A stretch of DNA of 64,000 nt from a virus (IMGVR_UViG_3300030389_002443:3132-67131), one strand, 5' to 3'. Shown: positions 45,801 to 56,043, counted from the stretch's first letter. Notes: generated by a model from the letters alone, not told the origin. Numbers and translations are program-made.

Positions 45801-48800
45801 TGGGCTAATATAGAATCTGCTGTTCCTATGCCACCCAATCTAGGTAACCAATATGCAGCGTTATTTGTAAAATCCGCATCATCTGTAAATCTAAGACAAA
45901 ATATATTTCCAGTATATTGGGTATCTGAGCCTGTGGGAAATTCCACTGCCGCACTAAATGTTAATTTATTATCAGCAGATGACGTTGCTGAACCATCTGT
46001 AGCGACTTTACCTAAAAATTCACCTCTGTCGGTATATATGTATGGCCACCCTCTATCATTAGTGCTATCATTAAAATCAGTATCAATTTGTGAAGCGGTA
46101 ACTGCGCTGCCATTTTTTGTAACTGTTGCTACAGTTGTACTATCCCATCCAGTAATAGCGTAATTACCATTAGTTAATCCTAAATTGTTTAATGTTTTTA
46201 ATGGTAAAAAATTAGGAACTGCTAAAGTGTCAGCATCATCAAATCTTTGTCTATTAGTGATTTCACTTTCATTTATTGGAGATTCTGGGTCAACTACATT
46301 AAAGTGCCAATCAAAGGTTAAATCTATCAACCTCATTAAACCAAACCTTTTGATTTGATTCCCAGTAATAGAGGACGATGTTATCGGTACAGTTTCAAAA
46401 GATTCATCCGTCATTTCATGTGATGATATAGAACCTACATAATTTTCATGAGTTACTTCTGATGAGATTCTTGCTCCAGAATCGTGTAATACTAGATTGT
46501 AATCTGTCAAATCTCTAGCAGAAAAACCTAAATGATTTGGCCTAGACATTGATTCTGGATATAAATCGCTTGCTGCGAAAATATGATAACTTATTCCTTT
46601 TGGGTCTATTTTATCTAATACAGTTTGTCCTTGTGTTACTGGATTATGTCTCCAGAATTCTAATGGATTATATTCACTAGTACTACTGGCTGATAGTGTT
46701 TTACTATCAGTAGAAGTAACAGCAGTAACTTGTTCAAATCCCCAAGGCCCACCAAGATTAGAATATTGAGTACCGTATGACATAGTTGAACTTGTCATTA
46801 ATTTTGGGAGTTTATCAAGTAATTGTTTGGTTTCGTTTCTTATTGGCTCGGATATAGTATTACTACCATATACTGGGCCGACTCCTCTAGTTTCTAAACT
46901 ACCTATCTTCTTTTGATTACTATAAGCAGTATCATAATAATCATAATCATAAGGGTACAATTTTGCACCCATTTGGACATCATTGGTAGCAGATGTTCTT
47001 CCGTTTATTCTTTGGCTAGATTTATATGAACTAGCATAAGCATGAATATTACCAACATCTCTACCATTATATTCTATGAATTTTTCACCGATTCTAATAT
47101 CTCTTGCTGCCCTATATAAACCACCTTTTTTAGATTTCTGTAAATCAACATAGCGATATATTGGCTTACCAAATCTAAAATTAGTTCCAGTTACAGTTAT
47201 GGTTAAAGATGTAGTCCATTCGGCATAATTGACTGCCCCATTTATTAATGGTTTTCTACTGTTACCTAAGACTGGATTAACTGCTTGTAATATGCCACCA
47301 TCATTTAACCCTTGAGTGTTTATAAAATATAAACCATGATTGTGTTGTGTAGAAACATAGAGTTGTTCATTTTCTGCTAAACTAACCCCATCTGGAAGTT
47401 TAGACTCTAACAAAATATCCCATTCTGTCGGGGTTTGTGCGCCAGCCCTTGCTCTAATCTTGTAAACGATTCCAACAAAAGTACCATCACTTTTGTAAAT
47501 AGGATTGCCTTCACCTATGTTTGTATTAGCACTTCCCGTATCTACAGTAATTTCATTTCTATGACCTGCACTGTAAGTTGAACCATCAAAATAAGTTTGA
47601 GAATTATCGTCATCACTAGCAGCATCTATTTGTGTAGTAGTTACCGTCACTGTTTCAAACCTAACATCTTCTACATTTCTATCAACTCTTGCTAAAATAG
47701 CAGGACAATTAGGGGCGAGTTCAATTATTGCTTCACCTTCACCACTTTCAATACTTACTATATTATAATGAGAAAGAGAATTAATTGTGTTTACTGCTTT
47801 ATTTCTAGCATTAGCAAAAAAACCAACATCAGTATCACCAATATCTCTAACGTTATCTAAGTAATATCCTCTAGCCCTACCGTCAGAATCATCACTAGTA
47901 TTAGCCAATAGTTTACCTTCTTTAGATGTGACTAAGTTAGAACTTGATGAAAATGTTAATTTTTTACCACTAGTAAAGAAAAATCCTTTATTAGACGCTC
48001 CTTTTAAAGAAGTTGGAGTATTTGTTAGTGTAGGATGAGATTGAATTGCCTTTCCAAAATAAACACTATTAGTATGATTTGAATTATATATGTTGATAGA
48101 TGATTTATACAAGGTTTGATTTCTTGCACTGTATGCGACTGAACCATCATCTAAAGTTATTGTATTACTAGAAATATTAGAAACTACCCCTATAAAATTA
48201 TAATCTCCAGCACTGCTAGTAAATACTAAATCTCCTGTACTTAATACGCTACCATCACTTACAGTAAATGATGTATCACCAATAAAAATTTCACCATCAG
48301 AATCATTAGTTAACGCAGTCCCAGTATCTTGAATTTCATAATATGGCCCAAGTGTAGAGTAAACCCAATCCTCTGAAAAAGTATAATTTTTATTAAGCAC
48401 TGGCCCTAACAATTTAGATACATCACTTCTACCAGTAATCATAAGTTTGTGCATTCCAAATTGTATTTTTTCTTCTATTGTTTCTACACTACCTTTGAAC
48501 ATTACTTTTTCTACAATATACGCACCAGCAAAATAATCTAGAATAGAACCAGTTTTCTTATTAGTATCTACTAGATTTACAGATGCTTGATGTGTAGTAC
48601 TTCCAGCAACATTTGTTAAAGTATCAATTGGAAAGTATGCTTGAGTTATACCATTAGTAGTTAATCCAGTAGTGGGTGAAAAATCTCTATCAAAATCTTG
48701 TATTTTTACGTATTGATTTTTAGAATCTCCATATTTTATTTTTATGGTTTGACCAGATAAACTATCATCTCCAGCCAATGTCAATTCTAACCCGTTGATT

Positions 48801-50890
48801 CTAGATTCTGCAAAAGATGTAAGTGCTGTACTATTGTATGAAAGAGTATCAGTCCCAATAACTATATCGGCAGACATAGGTAAAGAATCATAAGTTATCT
48901 CAGTATCTATTGGAAAATCTACCATAAGAGTAGAAGTTAGTTTTGACCAAGTTCTTCTAAATGCTTTAGCAGAAGTTAAATTTTCCCTAAGCCCACCAGA
49001 AGAAAACCCAGACTCATCTGATTCTCTATAATGTGAAATAGTAACTTGTTGTGAGCCGTTAGATGGCGCACCAACCGCACTTATTTTGTAACGGTTAGTA
49101 TTTATTCTAATAGTTTCAAAAGAACTACCAGATACTAGAAGTGTCCTTAAATCTTGACCTTCTTCTAAATCATCAAAAACGAGAATAGTATCTCCAGAGG
49201 ACTGTGAAGTAATTGTACCAAATAACCTAGACATTTCTAAATAACTAATATTACCAGATGCAACGACTTGTTTAAGTTCTATGGGGTCATTTGCATTTAT
49301 CTTTTTAGCCATAATATTATGTGCATCTAAAATTTCTATTTCTGCATATGAACCAGCAGAGGTTATAGAATTAGATAATTTGACATCAGAAACTCTAGGT
49401 ATTTTTTCATTTTTTATTGGACTGTCATCGTAATGTAAATATCGTAACGGGCCATCAGTTAGAAAATGGCCCTTTTTTCCACTTCTCTCTCTATTGATAT
49501 TAAGAAACATATTTGACCAAAGGTTTATGATTGCAGAAAAACTTTGATTGTAATCACCAGCAGTTGTACCAAAAGGAGTTCCATCTCCACCATTATCATC
49601 TAAATATCTTCTGTATTGCGTTGGTTGGCCACTACTAGCAAAACCAGTACCACCTGTCCCTCCACTACCTGTTACTGCAAAAGTCGGCTCATCTGCCGCT
49701 CTAAGATTGTCTACTAATAATCCATGATGATTAAATCTACCTGTGTCTGAAACAAAATTACCATATTCGGATTCAGTAGAAAATATACTTAAATCGTGAT
49801 ACATTGTATTATTATAAGTAGAACCATCATGTCTATTGATAGTTCTTCTTATTCCATACTTTGTATTATTATTTAATTGATTCTTATTATCTACCCTATC
49901 ATTGTAAAAATAAAATTTAGGAGAACTAACATAACAATATTCTATATGTTTTTGAATGGTAAGGTCATCTGAACCATCATCATCAGTATCAAAACTAGCA
50001 GTGCCATGTAGTAAACCATAAGCAACTGCCACTACATCTGTTCTTGTTTTTAGTGGCCCTTTATAAATTGCAAACTTTGTCCCTTTGGGAACGTCTGTAG
50101 GCATAGGAGGGTCGAATTCAAGATAAGAGTAGATGCTTGTATCGCTTTCTTCTGAATTAACAGAAGTAATTTTTGCCATATGGTGTAAGTTTTCATCATC
50201 TGCGTGAAGTATAACAAAATAATCATTTGTCGACATCCCAGAATTAACTGCTGATAATTCTTGTCCTAATACTTCTTGTTTATCAAATACATGAAGTCTA
50301 TATGATTCTGTTCTACTTAAATTAGATAAATAATCAGAATGAACATCCACTGTACTAGTTCTTCTCAAATTTTCATTATCTGCTAACGCCACTAAATTAT
50401 TTGTAGCCCCACCAGAACCATCATCAAAATATATTCTATGTCCACCAGAAATAGTTACTATATTTCTTACTGTGCCAACTAATGCGCCAGTATCGTCAAA
50501 AATGCTATCTCCTAATTTAAATACTAGATTAGGGTCTATTGTATCAACATCTACATATCCTTGAGAATCTGCACTTATTGCCCCATCTACTAATACACCA
50601 GTATCAGTATTTGGATATAATCTGTTCACTACAGCAGATAAAGTAGTATCTGTTGAGCCATCTGAATAAGACACCCCATATACGCTACTTGTATTGCCAG
50701 CACCAGTTGGATTGGTTGGAGTATTATAAATTTCATAACAAACCAGTTTATATGTTGCATCGTTAAATGTTCCCGCTCCAGCAGCAGTTTTCAAAAGAGG
50801 ATTAGTAGGAACAGAGGATTGAATGGTAGTTCCTGTCGGTGTAGACATAGGAGTAGAACCTGTTCCCATGACAAAAAAATCTAATGACAT
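42848..50890 (-). CDS. Giant tail tip / hub protein (2680 aa)
   Basis: Hub-like segments FKGSVETIE..ITGR and YNEVIVYG..LRVGDIISL..YVVLEIRY; repeated beta modules. Confidence 0.75.
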   Translation of the reverse strand: MSLDFFVMGTGSTPMSTPTGTTIQSSVPTNPLLKTAAGAGTFNDATYKLVCYEIYNTPTNPTGAGNTSSVYGVSYSDGSTDTTLSAVVNRLYPNTDTGVLVDGAISADSQGYVDVDTIDPNLVFKLGDSIFDDTGALVGTVRNIVTISGGHRIYFDDGSGGATNNLVALADNENLRRTSTVDVHSDYLSNLSRTESYRLHVFDKQEVLGQELSAVNSGMSTNDYFVILHADDENLHHMAKITSVNSEESDTSIYSYLEFDPPMPTDVPKGTKFAIYKGPLKTRTDVVAVAYGLLHGTASFDTDDDGSDDLTIQKHIEYCYVSSPKFYFYNDRVDNKNQLNNNTKYGIRRTINRHDGSTYNNTMYHDLSIFSTESEYGNFVSDTGRFNHHGLLVDNLRAADEPTFAVTGSGGTGGTGFASSGQPTQYRRYLDDNGGDGTPFGTTAGDYNQSFSAIINLWSNMFLNINRERSGKKGHFLTDGPLRYLHYDDSPIKNEKIPRVSDVKLSNSITSAGSYAEIEILDAHNIMAKKINANDPIELKQVVASGNISYLEMSRLFGTITSQSSGDTILVFDDLEEGQDLRTLLVSGSSFETIRINTNRYKISAVGAPSNGSQQVTISHYRESDESGFSSGGLRENLTSAKAFRRTWSKLTSTLMVDFPIDTEITYDSLPMSADIVIGTDTLSYNSTALTSFAESRINGLELTLAGDDSLSGQTIKIKYGDSKNQYVKIQDFDRDFSPTTGLTTNGITQAYFPIDTLTNVAGSTTHQASVNLVDTNKKTGSILDYFAGAYIVEKVMFKGSVETIEEKIQFGMHKLMITGRSDVSKLLGPVLNKNYTFSEDWVYSTLGPYYEIQDTGTALTNDSDGEIFIGDTSFTVSDGSVLSTGDLVFTSSAGDYNFIGVVSNISSNTITLDDGSVAYSARNQTLYKSSINIYNSNHTNSVYFGKAIQSHPTLTNTPTSLKGASNKGFFFTSGKKLTFSSSSNLVTSKEGKLLANTSDDSDGRARGYYLDNVRDIGDTDVGFFANARNKAVNTINSLSHYNIVSIESGEGEAIIELAPNCPAILARVDRNVEDVRFETVTVTTTQIDAASDDDNSQTYFDGSTYSAGHRNEITVDTGSANTNIGEGNPIYKSDGTFVGIVYKIRARAGAQTPTEWDILLESKLPDGVSLAENEQLYVSTQHNHGLYFINTQGLNDGGILQAVNPVLGNSRKPLINGAVNYAEWTTSLTITVTGTNFRFGKPIYRYVDLQKSKKGGLYRAARDIRIGEKFIEYNGRDVGNIHAYASSYKSSQRINGRTSATNDVQMGAKLYPYDYDYYDTAYSNQKKIGSLETRGVGPVYGSNTISEPIRNETKQLLDKLPKLMTSSTMSYGTQYSNLGGPWGFEQVTAVTSTDSKTLSASSTSEYNPLEFWRHNPVTQGQTVLDKIDPKGISYHIFAASDLYPESMSRPNHLGFSARDLTDYNLVLHDSGARISSEVTHENYVGSISSHEMTDESFETVPITSSSITGNQIKRFGLMRLIDLTFDWHFNVVDPESPINESEITNRQRFDDADTLAVPNFLPLKTLNNLGLTNGNYAITGWDSTTVATVTKNGSAVTASQIDTDFNDSTNDRGWPYIYTDRGEFLGKVATDGSATSSADNKLTFSAAVEFPTGSDTQYTGNIFCLRFTDDADFTNNAAYWLPRLGGIGTADSILAHKEGNVATFNDITQTKGAIFSGKYVGDTNFALKNYDIEQNPTGTNAVFSKPDNSVTSTNSAYFPLSPTETDTLVDGAITAGASASITVDGTYANWSFSPRDKVYDNAGAQVGIVHNVGTANVVTPTNITLTGATEEDLANNENLKRGNDDTLALCMLPPIFRATTVNNYMFISPDSAPAGTQANYAQGDVVHSSKILYYLSQGRNIYRGLKGVVLDRFTIDNADEEGGQLATGMTFPVSDALYSAVGTGILKENRIYLKMSSKKLRSNSDGANEFPSAPYLQFAETTNISNGISNPKIKRAYDKDFAAVTFNAEEKPTNVADGAKILFKPYLHLGQYAQSNLGVSFGALSQLTHKPSGLDTSSNTGSQAVITIKEGDNSEMDDNHWLAFAPNLTGYYLVSTEGYYQGRTQGTINSADSTRRYPIGGTWTNAGTGANDSQYSFMASEEGLLPKHIMHVISHSVSQGADTREHVLIVDNVNTSTPYISNYYKVMKPSETCLWPDSPSSINLYTLSSSTTKRPFDDKMYASVPHIQLWNGENVSDKREVFGYKEAVQSMYVLVNMDSTSDDIHIVPRGVTNINSSPPTFNYFTTIFGDGGSGKRFESGKSYDVLLNDGDAQERKQMSVSKPPAGLMTACNINFGEKVSQKMAGIVSVGEIFTVKTPLPSKIRNPVKANIASTATIAMETEDIVEDIMKINNIDFTESTVEYPYFTGPEFTGIDVYKAIQFLTEFKDKRITITSEGIKIRPDNANLDYSGYGISEETSNIIDVSKEQSQYDFYNEVIVYGSGVKSIRRLGASIKEVGKKTFEEVDETIRTQEEADVKANKLLDFYAKNNFRITIKISMVGLEYLRVGDIISLDIPSRGIPADRYVVLEIRYDNLGIMELEIGAYNKGISERLAELMVKSKKTLAFLRASKFKSVNDTNNFFDTMKIKGVRLVATKTGVFSSPFTIGFNYAVNVATNSVGFNPSLGSVETSVILDEDLT

Positions 50891-52089
50891 TACAAGTTCG
50901 CCTCCTCAAACCTATAATATAATAGTGTTGACCTAAAACTAGGGGCCAAAGTCTCTAATGTATCAAAATTACTTTTAGCATCTGATAATATAGCAAACTC
51001 GTGCAACTCCCCCATAAATTGTGTAGGTGTCCCAAATTGATAACCAGTTGGGCCAATGGTATTGTTAAGATTACCTAATCCACTTGCAGGGACTTGACCA
51101 ATGTAACTATCTGCTTGCTCAAAAGTAAATGCACCAACAACATCTATGTTCCCAGATTCTTTTAGTTCTCCATTTACATAAATAGATAAATGCTTAGTAA
51201 GGTCATTGTAAACTGCTGCTATGTGATAAGAGTTAAACATGTAAAATGCTTCTTTGTAAGCATCAGTATAAAGAACTGCTCCATCAGATAATGAATTAGA
51301 TTGGCTCATAGTAATAGTAGTGCCGCTTATACCAGTTACAGTGCCAATAGAAGTAAATGTAGTCCCACTCAAAGTGTATAATCTTTGACCTTTGTAAACT
51401 CTATATTGTGTAGTGGCAGTAAAATTAGCAGCACTTGATGTAGCCCCGTTTACAGTAGTTCCTGTTTTTCTGTATCTTGCTCTATTATCCCCCTCATAGG
51501 CATTATCATTATATGTTGTAGTTGGATATTCTCTTTGTGTCGATGTTCCTGTATGGTAAGTATTGGCAGATATAACATTATTTGAGGTTGTTAATGATTT
51601 AGTAGTGCCGTTATTATGAACTTGAAATTTCACTTGATATTCTGCGGGTTGATTTGTATTATGGTTTGTATTGTTAACTAAACTCAGACTAACATTTCCA
51701 TTGTAAAATAATGTCATTTCTTGAAGATAACGTAGTTCAACCCCACCTACTTGTATTGTCCCAGTGCCAGCATGAGAAGGAGAATATACAAAGTCTTCAA
51801 AATTACGGGGAGTGCCATCACAATTAGAGGGCATTGTTCTTCTGCTTGATAGAACTCCAGCATCACCTACTGGAGAGTTGATACCACTAGATTGTAATTC
51901 AAAATCAAAACCCCACCCATTTATTTCATATGGGGTAATAATAGTTTCAATTGTAAAACTACCTTCGTGTCCAAATAAACCATAGCCTTCTCCAGAAACT
52001 TGTGGAATTTTTATATGTCCGTTGCACATTACAGGAAAGACTAGTGCTTTCCTATTAGACACGTACATATTCATAGGCATAGTAATCAC
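50890..52089 (-). CDS. LamG/concanavalin-like domain virion protein
   Basis: FTIETII, YHIAAVY, IYVNG, FMGELHEFAI, LLYYRFEE. Confidence 0.75.
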   Translation of the reverse strand: MITMPMNMYVSNRKALVFPVMCNGHIKIPQVSGEGYGLFGHEGSFTIETIITPYEINGWGFDFELQSSGINSPVGDAGVLSSRRTMPSNCDGTPRNFEDFVYSPSHAGTGTIQVGGVELRYLQEMTLFYNGNVSLSLVNNTNHNTNQPAEYQVKFQVHNNGTTKSLTTSNNVISANTYHTGTSTQREYPTTTYNDNAYEGDNRARYRKTGTTVNGATSSAANFTATTQYRVYKGQRLYTLSGTTFTSIGTVTGISGTTITMSQSNSLSDGAVLYTDAYKEAFYMFNSYHIAAVYNDLTKHLSIYVNGELKESGNIDVVGAFTFEQADSYIGQVPASGLGNLNNTIGPTGYQFGTPTQFMGELHEFAILSDAKSNFDTLETLAPSFRSTLLYYRFEEANL

Positions 52090-52928
52090 CCAAGAGGAAC
52101 AGTTGCTACCTCAAATTCTAAATTAAATTCAACGTGTGGTTGCCCACCAACTAATGTAGTTCCAAAATTTCTAATGAATCCTTTTATTCCTTCTGCTGGA
52201 CTATCACTGGATGAACTAAATGGGTCTGGGTAAGGAGAATGACCTATAGTAAAATCGTTATCTAATTTATGGTTTTTACCTTTGTGTCTTGAACCAAAAT
52301 TAAAAGGAACCATCTTTGCACTGTCTACATTTCTAGTTGCTGCTGTTGCTATAGTGTCATTATGATACAGCCAATATTTAGAAACAAATGATGGATATAA
52401 AATAATCAACTCGTTAAGATTTTGTTGTCTTTGAACAATAGAAGAATCAACATAAGAATGAATCATTTGAGCAACTTCGTGTGCTGTCATCTCTACATCA
52501 ATAACATCAAACCCATTAGATTGGCTAAATTCATTCGGTGAAGTCCCACTATAAGTACTAGATGTTCTGTCTAGAGTAGTATCACTTAATGCTCCTGCGC
52601 CATCTATAGCATTCAAAGGATATGCTTTTTGAATACTTTGATTGGTAATAACTCCATCAATAGAAATACTTTTTTGCGTCATACCTAAATCTATACCTAA
52701 GTTTGTAGATTCACCTTTTGATATACCAGAAAAAGGTATAGGAAAAGACGGAACTTGTTTTGTAGTTGTTATGTTAATATTTTCTGCCTTTAATGCTATT
52801 CTATTTTGCATAGAAGCACCAGTAGCAGATATTACATCGCTATCTAATAATTGTGTTGGTTCTCTATTAGCCAATTGTAAAAAAACATGATGGCCACTTA
52901 ATCCTGTATTTGGGCTTGCAAAACTCAT
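52086..52928 (-). CDS. Distal tail (Dit-like) protein
   Basis: Directly after tape measure; IDLG..KSISIDGVI motif. Confidence 0.55.
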   Translation of the reverse strand: MSFASPNTGLSGHHVFLQLANREPTQLLDSDVISATGASMQNRIALKAENINITTTKQVPSFPIPFSGISKGESTNLGIDLGMTQKSISIDGVITNQSIQKAYPLNAIDGAGALSDTTLDRTSSTYSGTSPNEFSQSNGFDVIDVEMTAHEVAQMIHSYVDSSIVQRQQNLNELIILYPSFVSKYWLYHNDTIATAATRNVDSAKMVPFNFGSRHKGKNHKLDNDFTIGHSPYPDPFSSSSDSPAEGIKGFIRNFGTTLVGGQPHVEFNLEFEVATVPLG

Positions 52929-54541
52929 AATCTCACTCCCGTACTTGTACTCCTATTCATTTCTCTACTTACCATTTGCCCTACTCTCCTAGCAATATCT
53001 CTAAGTTCATTTTCACTTGCACCAAGACGGCCATTGACATGAACATTAATTGTATTACCGCCACCATTAGGTGTAACAGCAGAACCCTTGGGTAAATTGA
53101 CTATCTCTGGCCCACGTTCACCAACCAAGAATGCACCAGATTTAGTTACTGTTCCACCTGTGGCCAGCCCCACAATATTACTTATTCCGCTCCCTATTGA
53201 TTCCCCTGCTGCTACATATGACATACCAGAACTTACCAATCCCTCTTTTGCTGCTCCGAATTGACCTGTGAGGGCTAAGAAAACAGAACCTATACCTTTA
53301 CCGATACCAAACAATATTTGGGTGATGCCTATTACTACTTGAGAAAGACCTAATATGATTCTGGCTATAGTCATAATTGACGCAAAAGCAGCCATTGCAT
53401 TTTTGTAACCAGCACTATTTTTACTTAAACCTGCTTCTTGCAAAGAGGCAGCAAATCTAACTTTTACTTTTTCAAAGAAGGCACTAAAGTCAAATGTACT
53501 AAACCACTTAATAAATCTTGAAAGTCCTTCTATTAAAAACGCAAATATCTTTGGTAAAAAATCAGCAAGTCTAGGTATTATCTCGTTTATAGCAAAAGCG
53601 ACTAAATTTGCCAATCCTGTTAGAACAAAATCACCAAATATACTTAATACTTCGTTAAAAGTTTTTGTTGGGTCTGATAATGCTTTGAATAACTTAACAC
53701 CTGCTTCTACTACTGGTTTTAAATAAGAATCATAAAATTCTATTAATGTATTTTTTAATTTTTCAACTCTCCTTTTTAATTTAGCAGTATCTTTAAATGC
53801 CTCCATCAATGGTTTTCTAAACAGATAAATTGCTGCAACAATTAATCCAAATCCAATTAATCCCACAATAACTAATTTTGCTAACCCTCTAAAAACTAAA
53901 CTTACTGTCCTAGAAGGTAGACTGGCTAAAAAGTTAAATGCTCTTTTTTGAAGTGTGGCTACTTTTATATTTATTTCTGCTGCCCTTTGTTGTATTTTTT
54001 GAAATGGAGTTTTAATATATCCAAAATTTGCTTTTCCTTCTTCATTGATAAGCCCTACTTCTCTTGCTGTGTCTGTAGTCTTTTTCATTCGACTAAGAAC
54101 CTTTCCTGCTTTTTCTAGTTGCCCAGTCTCTCTAAGTCTGATGTATCTCTTTTCTAAAAACTTCATCTCTTCTTTATACGTTTTGAATAATTTACCTTTA
54201 CCACCTACTTCTTTTGCAAGTAATTCTAATTTTTCTTTTTGTGCTTTGTTTTCTTCTAACGCAATCATTCTTAAAGCGTGTTGTCTACCATATAATACTT
54301 TTAAAATAGCAGCACTTTCTTTGAGTGTTTTGACTTGTTTTTCTTGAACTTTATTATTTTCTTTTGTTTTTCCCATAAAAAACGCAACGGTATCTGTTAA
54401 ACCTTTAAGTCTAAACATAGCGTTTCCGATGGGGCCACCTAACCTCATCATCCCTTGATATAATGTGCCTTCACCAAAACCAGCAAGTCCTTTTCTAGCA
54501 TCTTGTGCCGCAGACTCTACTTCTCTAAGGCCATCTCTCAA
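52925..54541 (-). CDS. Tape measure protein
   Basis: Helical with hydrophobic segments; C-terminal LATGG.V..GAFLVGERGPEIV motif; follows chaperone genes. Confidence 0.85.
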   Translation of the reverse strand: MRDGLREVESAAQDARKGLAGFGEGTLYQGMMRLGGPIGNAMFRLKGLTDTVAFFMGKTKENNKVQEKQVKTLKESAAILKVLYGRQHALRMIALEENKAQKEKLELLAKEVGGKGKLFKTYKEEMKFLEKRYIRLRETGQLEKAGKVLSRMKKTTDTAREVGLINEEGKANFGYIKTPFQKIQQRAAEINIKVATLQKRAFNFLASLPSRTVSLVFRGLAKLVIVGLIGFGLIVAAIYLFRKPLMEAFKDTAKLKRRVEKLKNTLIEFYDSYLKPVVEAGVKLFKALSDPTKTFNEVLSIFGDFVLTGLANLVAFAINEIIPRLADFLPKIFAFLIEGLSRFIKWFSTFDFSAFFEKVKVRFAASLQEAGLSKNSAGYKNAMAAFASIMTIARIILGLSQVVIGITQILFGIGKGIGSVFLALTGQFGAAKEGLVSSGMSYVAAGESIGSGISNIVGLATGGTVTKSGAFLVGERGPEIVNLPKGSAVTPNGGGNTINVHVNGRLGASENELRDIARRVGQMVSREMNRSTSTGVRL

Positions 54542-54557
54542 GCCACTTATTGCGTCC

Positions 54558-54782
54558 CTATCTAATGCCAGATTTCTTCACCGCCTTGTCTATTTCTTTC
54601 GCTTTCATCGCTTCGACATTTGTGTGGATGAGTAGCATATCCATAAAGAGTTCTGATGGCATCTTGTACACCTCAAGGGGGCTTATCCCCAATCCTTTTG
54701 CAAGAGTATATACCATTATTCTGGATGACAGCCTAGCATCAACAGGTCTTCCTTGTAAAGCCTGTTTGATTACTCGTTTTTT
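54558..54782 (-). CDS. Tail assembly chaperone gpT-like extension, reached by -1 frameshift
   Basis: -1 frame open from the A AAA AAC site to TAG at 54558; contains LAKGLGISPLEVYKMP. Confidence 0.75.
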   Translation of the reverse strand, partial: KKRVIKQALQGRPVDARLSSRIMVYTLAKGLGISPLEVYKMPSELFMDMLLIHTNVEAMKAKEIDKAVKKSGIR

Positions 54783-55138
54783 TGGTCATCCCCCTGTATC
54801 ATATCTTGCATAGGATTAGGGAGTATTTCTTTTAATTGATTTCCGATATAAGGACTTAATCTTATATAGTCTATCTTTGATAATTCTGGTTCAGTTTTTT
54901 CTATGAAATTTTCGACCATAAACTTATACATTGCGTTAAGGTCTAAATTCATTTCACCTGTTTTGGCATCTAATTTCATAACAGAGTTCATGGCTTGTTC
55001 TACTTGTAACCATGTTGGCTCTTTTACCCATACCTTCAGATATTCGTCCGAATCGGGGGCGACTCGGATATAATGCTCTCTTGCTTGGCCAGCAAATAAT
55101 GCTGACTTGTTTGTTACTATTTTTTCCATTTTTTTCAC
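54770..55138 (-). CDS. Tail assembly chaperone gpG-like
   Basis: Between tail tube and tape measure; ends CAA AAA AAC GAG TAA. Confidence 0.75.
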   Translation of the reverse strand: MKKMEKIVTNKSALFAGQAREHYIRVAPDSDEYLKVWVKEPTWLQVEQAMNSVMKLDAKTGEMNLDLNAMYKFMVENFIEKTEPELSKIDYIRLSPYIGNQLKEILPNPMQDMIQGDDQKNE

Positions 55139-55149
55139 CTTTTACTTAC

Positions 55150-56043
55150 TTACATTGTTTGGTGTGAATATAATACATTGAACCATTCTGATTTAGTGAA
55201 AGGTTGTTTTTGTTGTGGGCCAGCAGGTGGTGGGTTAGCAGGTGGTGGGCCTGTTCTTGTTCCTGCTGGTGGTGTACCTGCTACTGGTCGTTTAATGTCT
55301 CTACCATGTAGTTTACCTTTGTTTTGTTCTGCTTGTAATTGTGCTTCTAATGCTTCAAGTCTTGGTCGTGCAGCAGGATTACCAGCAACTTCCGCTTTCA
55401 TTTGTTGTATCTGATTATTTAAATCTTGAATAACTTGTGGGTCTGGTCGAGCAGCCACATTTGCTTGAGTGGGTGATGGGACATTTGTTTGTGCGCCTCT
55501 TGGTTGATTGGGACTAGGTGTTACCATTTGCCCTAATCTTTGTTTGCCATATCCTGCCGCACTACGTAAAGCACCTAAACCACCTTTTACCCCTCTTAAT
55601 GCTAATTTACCTGCTCCTGCTGCTAACTGACTCCTATAACTTTGTCCTGCTGCACCGAATGGTACTTGATTTTGAGATGAGGCTTGATTATTTATATTCC
55701 TAATTTGCGCTGGAGTCATACCAGATTGTTGAAGGTATGTTACTTCTTCTCTACTTAAATTTCTAAATTGAGGGTGTGGGTTTGCTTTTGCTTGTGCTTG
55801 AAGTTCATTACCTTGTTCTGGTTTGAGAGTTATTGCATCTGCTCTCCCTTGTACTGCTTGTTGTGGTGTGGGCTTTCCTTGAGGTTGTTGTTGCCGTTGT
55901 TGCATTCGTTGTCTCTCTGCTGCTGTCGGTGGGCCTCGTCTTCTTCGAGTTTGAGGATTGGCTGGTTGAGCAATAGGAAGCCCTACGTCCAACGTACCTT
56001 GTTGCTTACCTCGTTGCTTAAGAATATCAAACCATTCACTCAT
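55150..56043 (-). CDS. Q/P/A-rich low-complexity protein with SEWF motif at both ends
   Basis: MSEWFDILK at start, KSEWFNVLY at end. Confidence 0.7.
   Translation of the reverse strand: MSEWFDILKQRGKQQGTLDVGLPIAQPANPQTRRRRGPPTAAERQRMQQRQQQPQGKPTPQQAVQGRADAITLKPEQGNELQAQAKANPHPQFRNLSREEVTYLQQSGMTPAQIRNINNQASSQNQVPFGAAGQSYRSQLAAGAGKLALRGVKGGLGALRSAAGYGKQRLGQMVTPSPNQPRGAQTNVPSPTQANVAARPDPQVIQDLNNQIQQMKAEVAGNPAARPRLEALEAQLQAEQNKGKLHGRDIKRPVAGTPPAGTRTGPPPANPPPAGPQQKQPFTKSEWFNVLYSHQTM

Noticed and set aside
54550-54813. 87-aa plus-strand ORF
   Set aside because: Antisense to the frameshifted chaperone extension, which explains the open frame.
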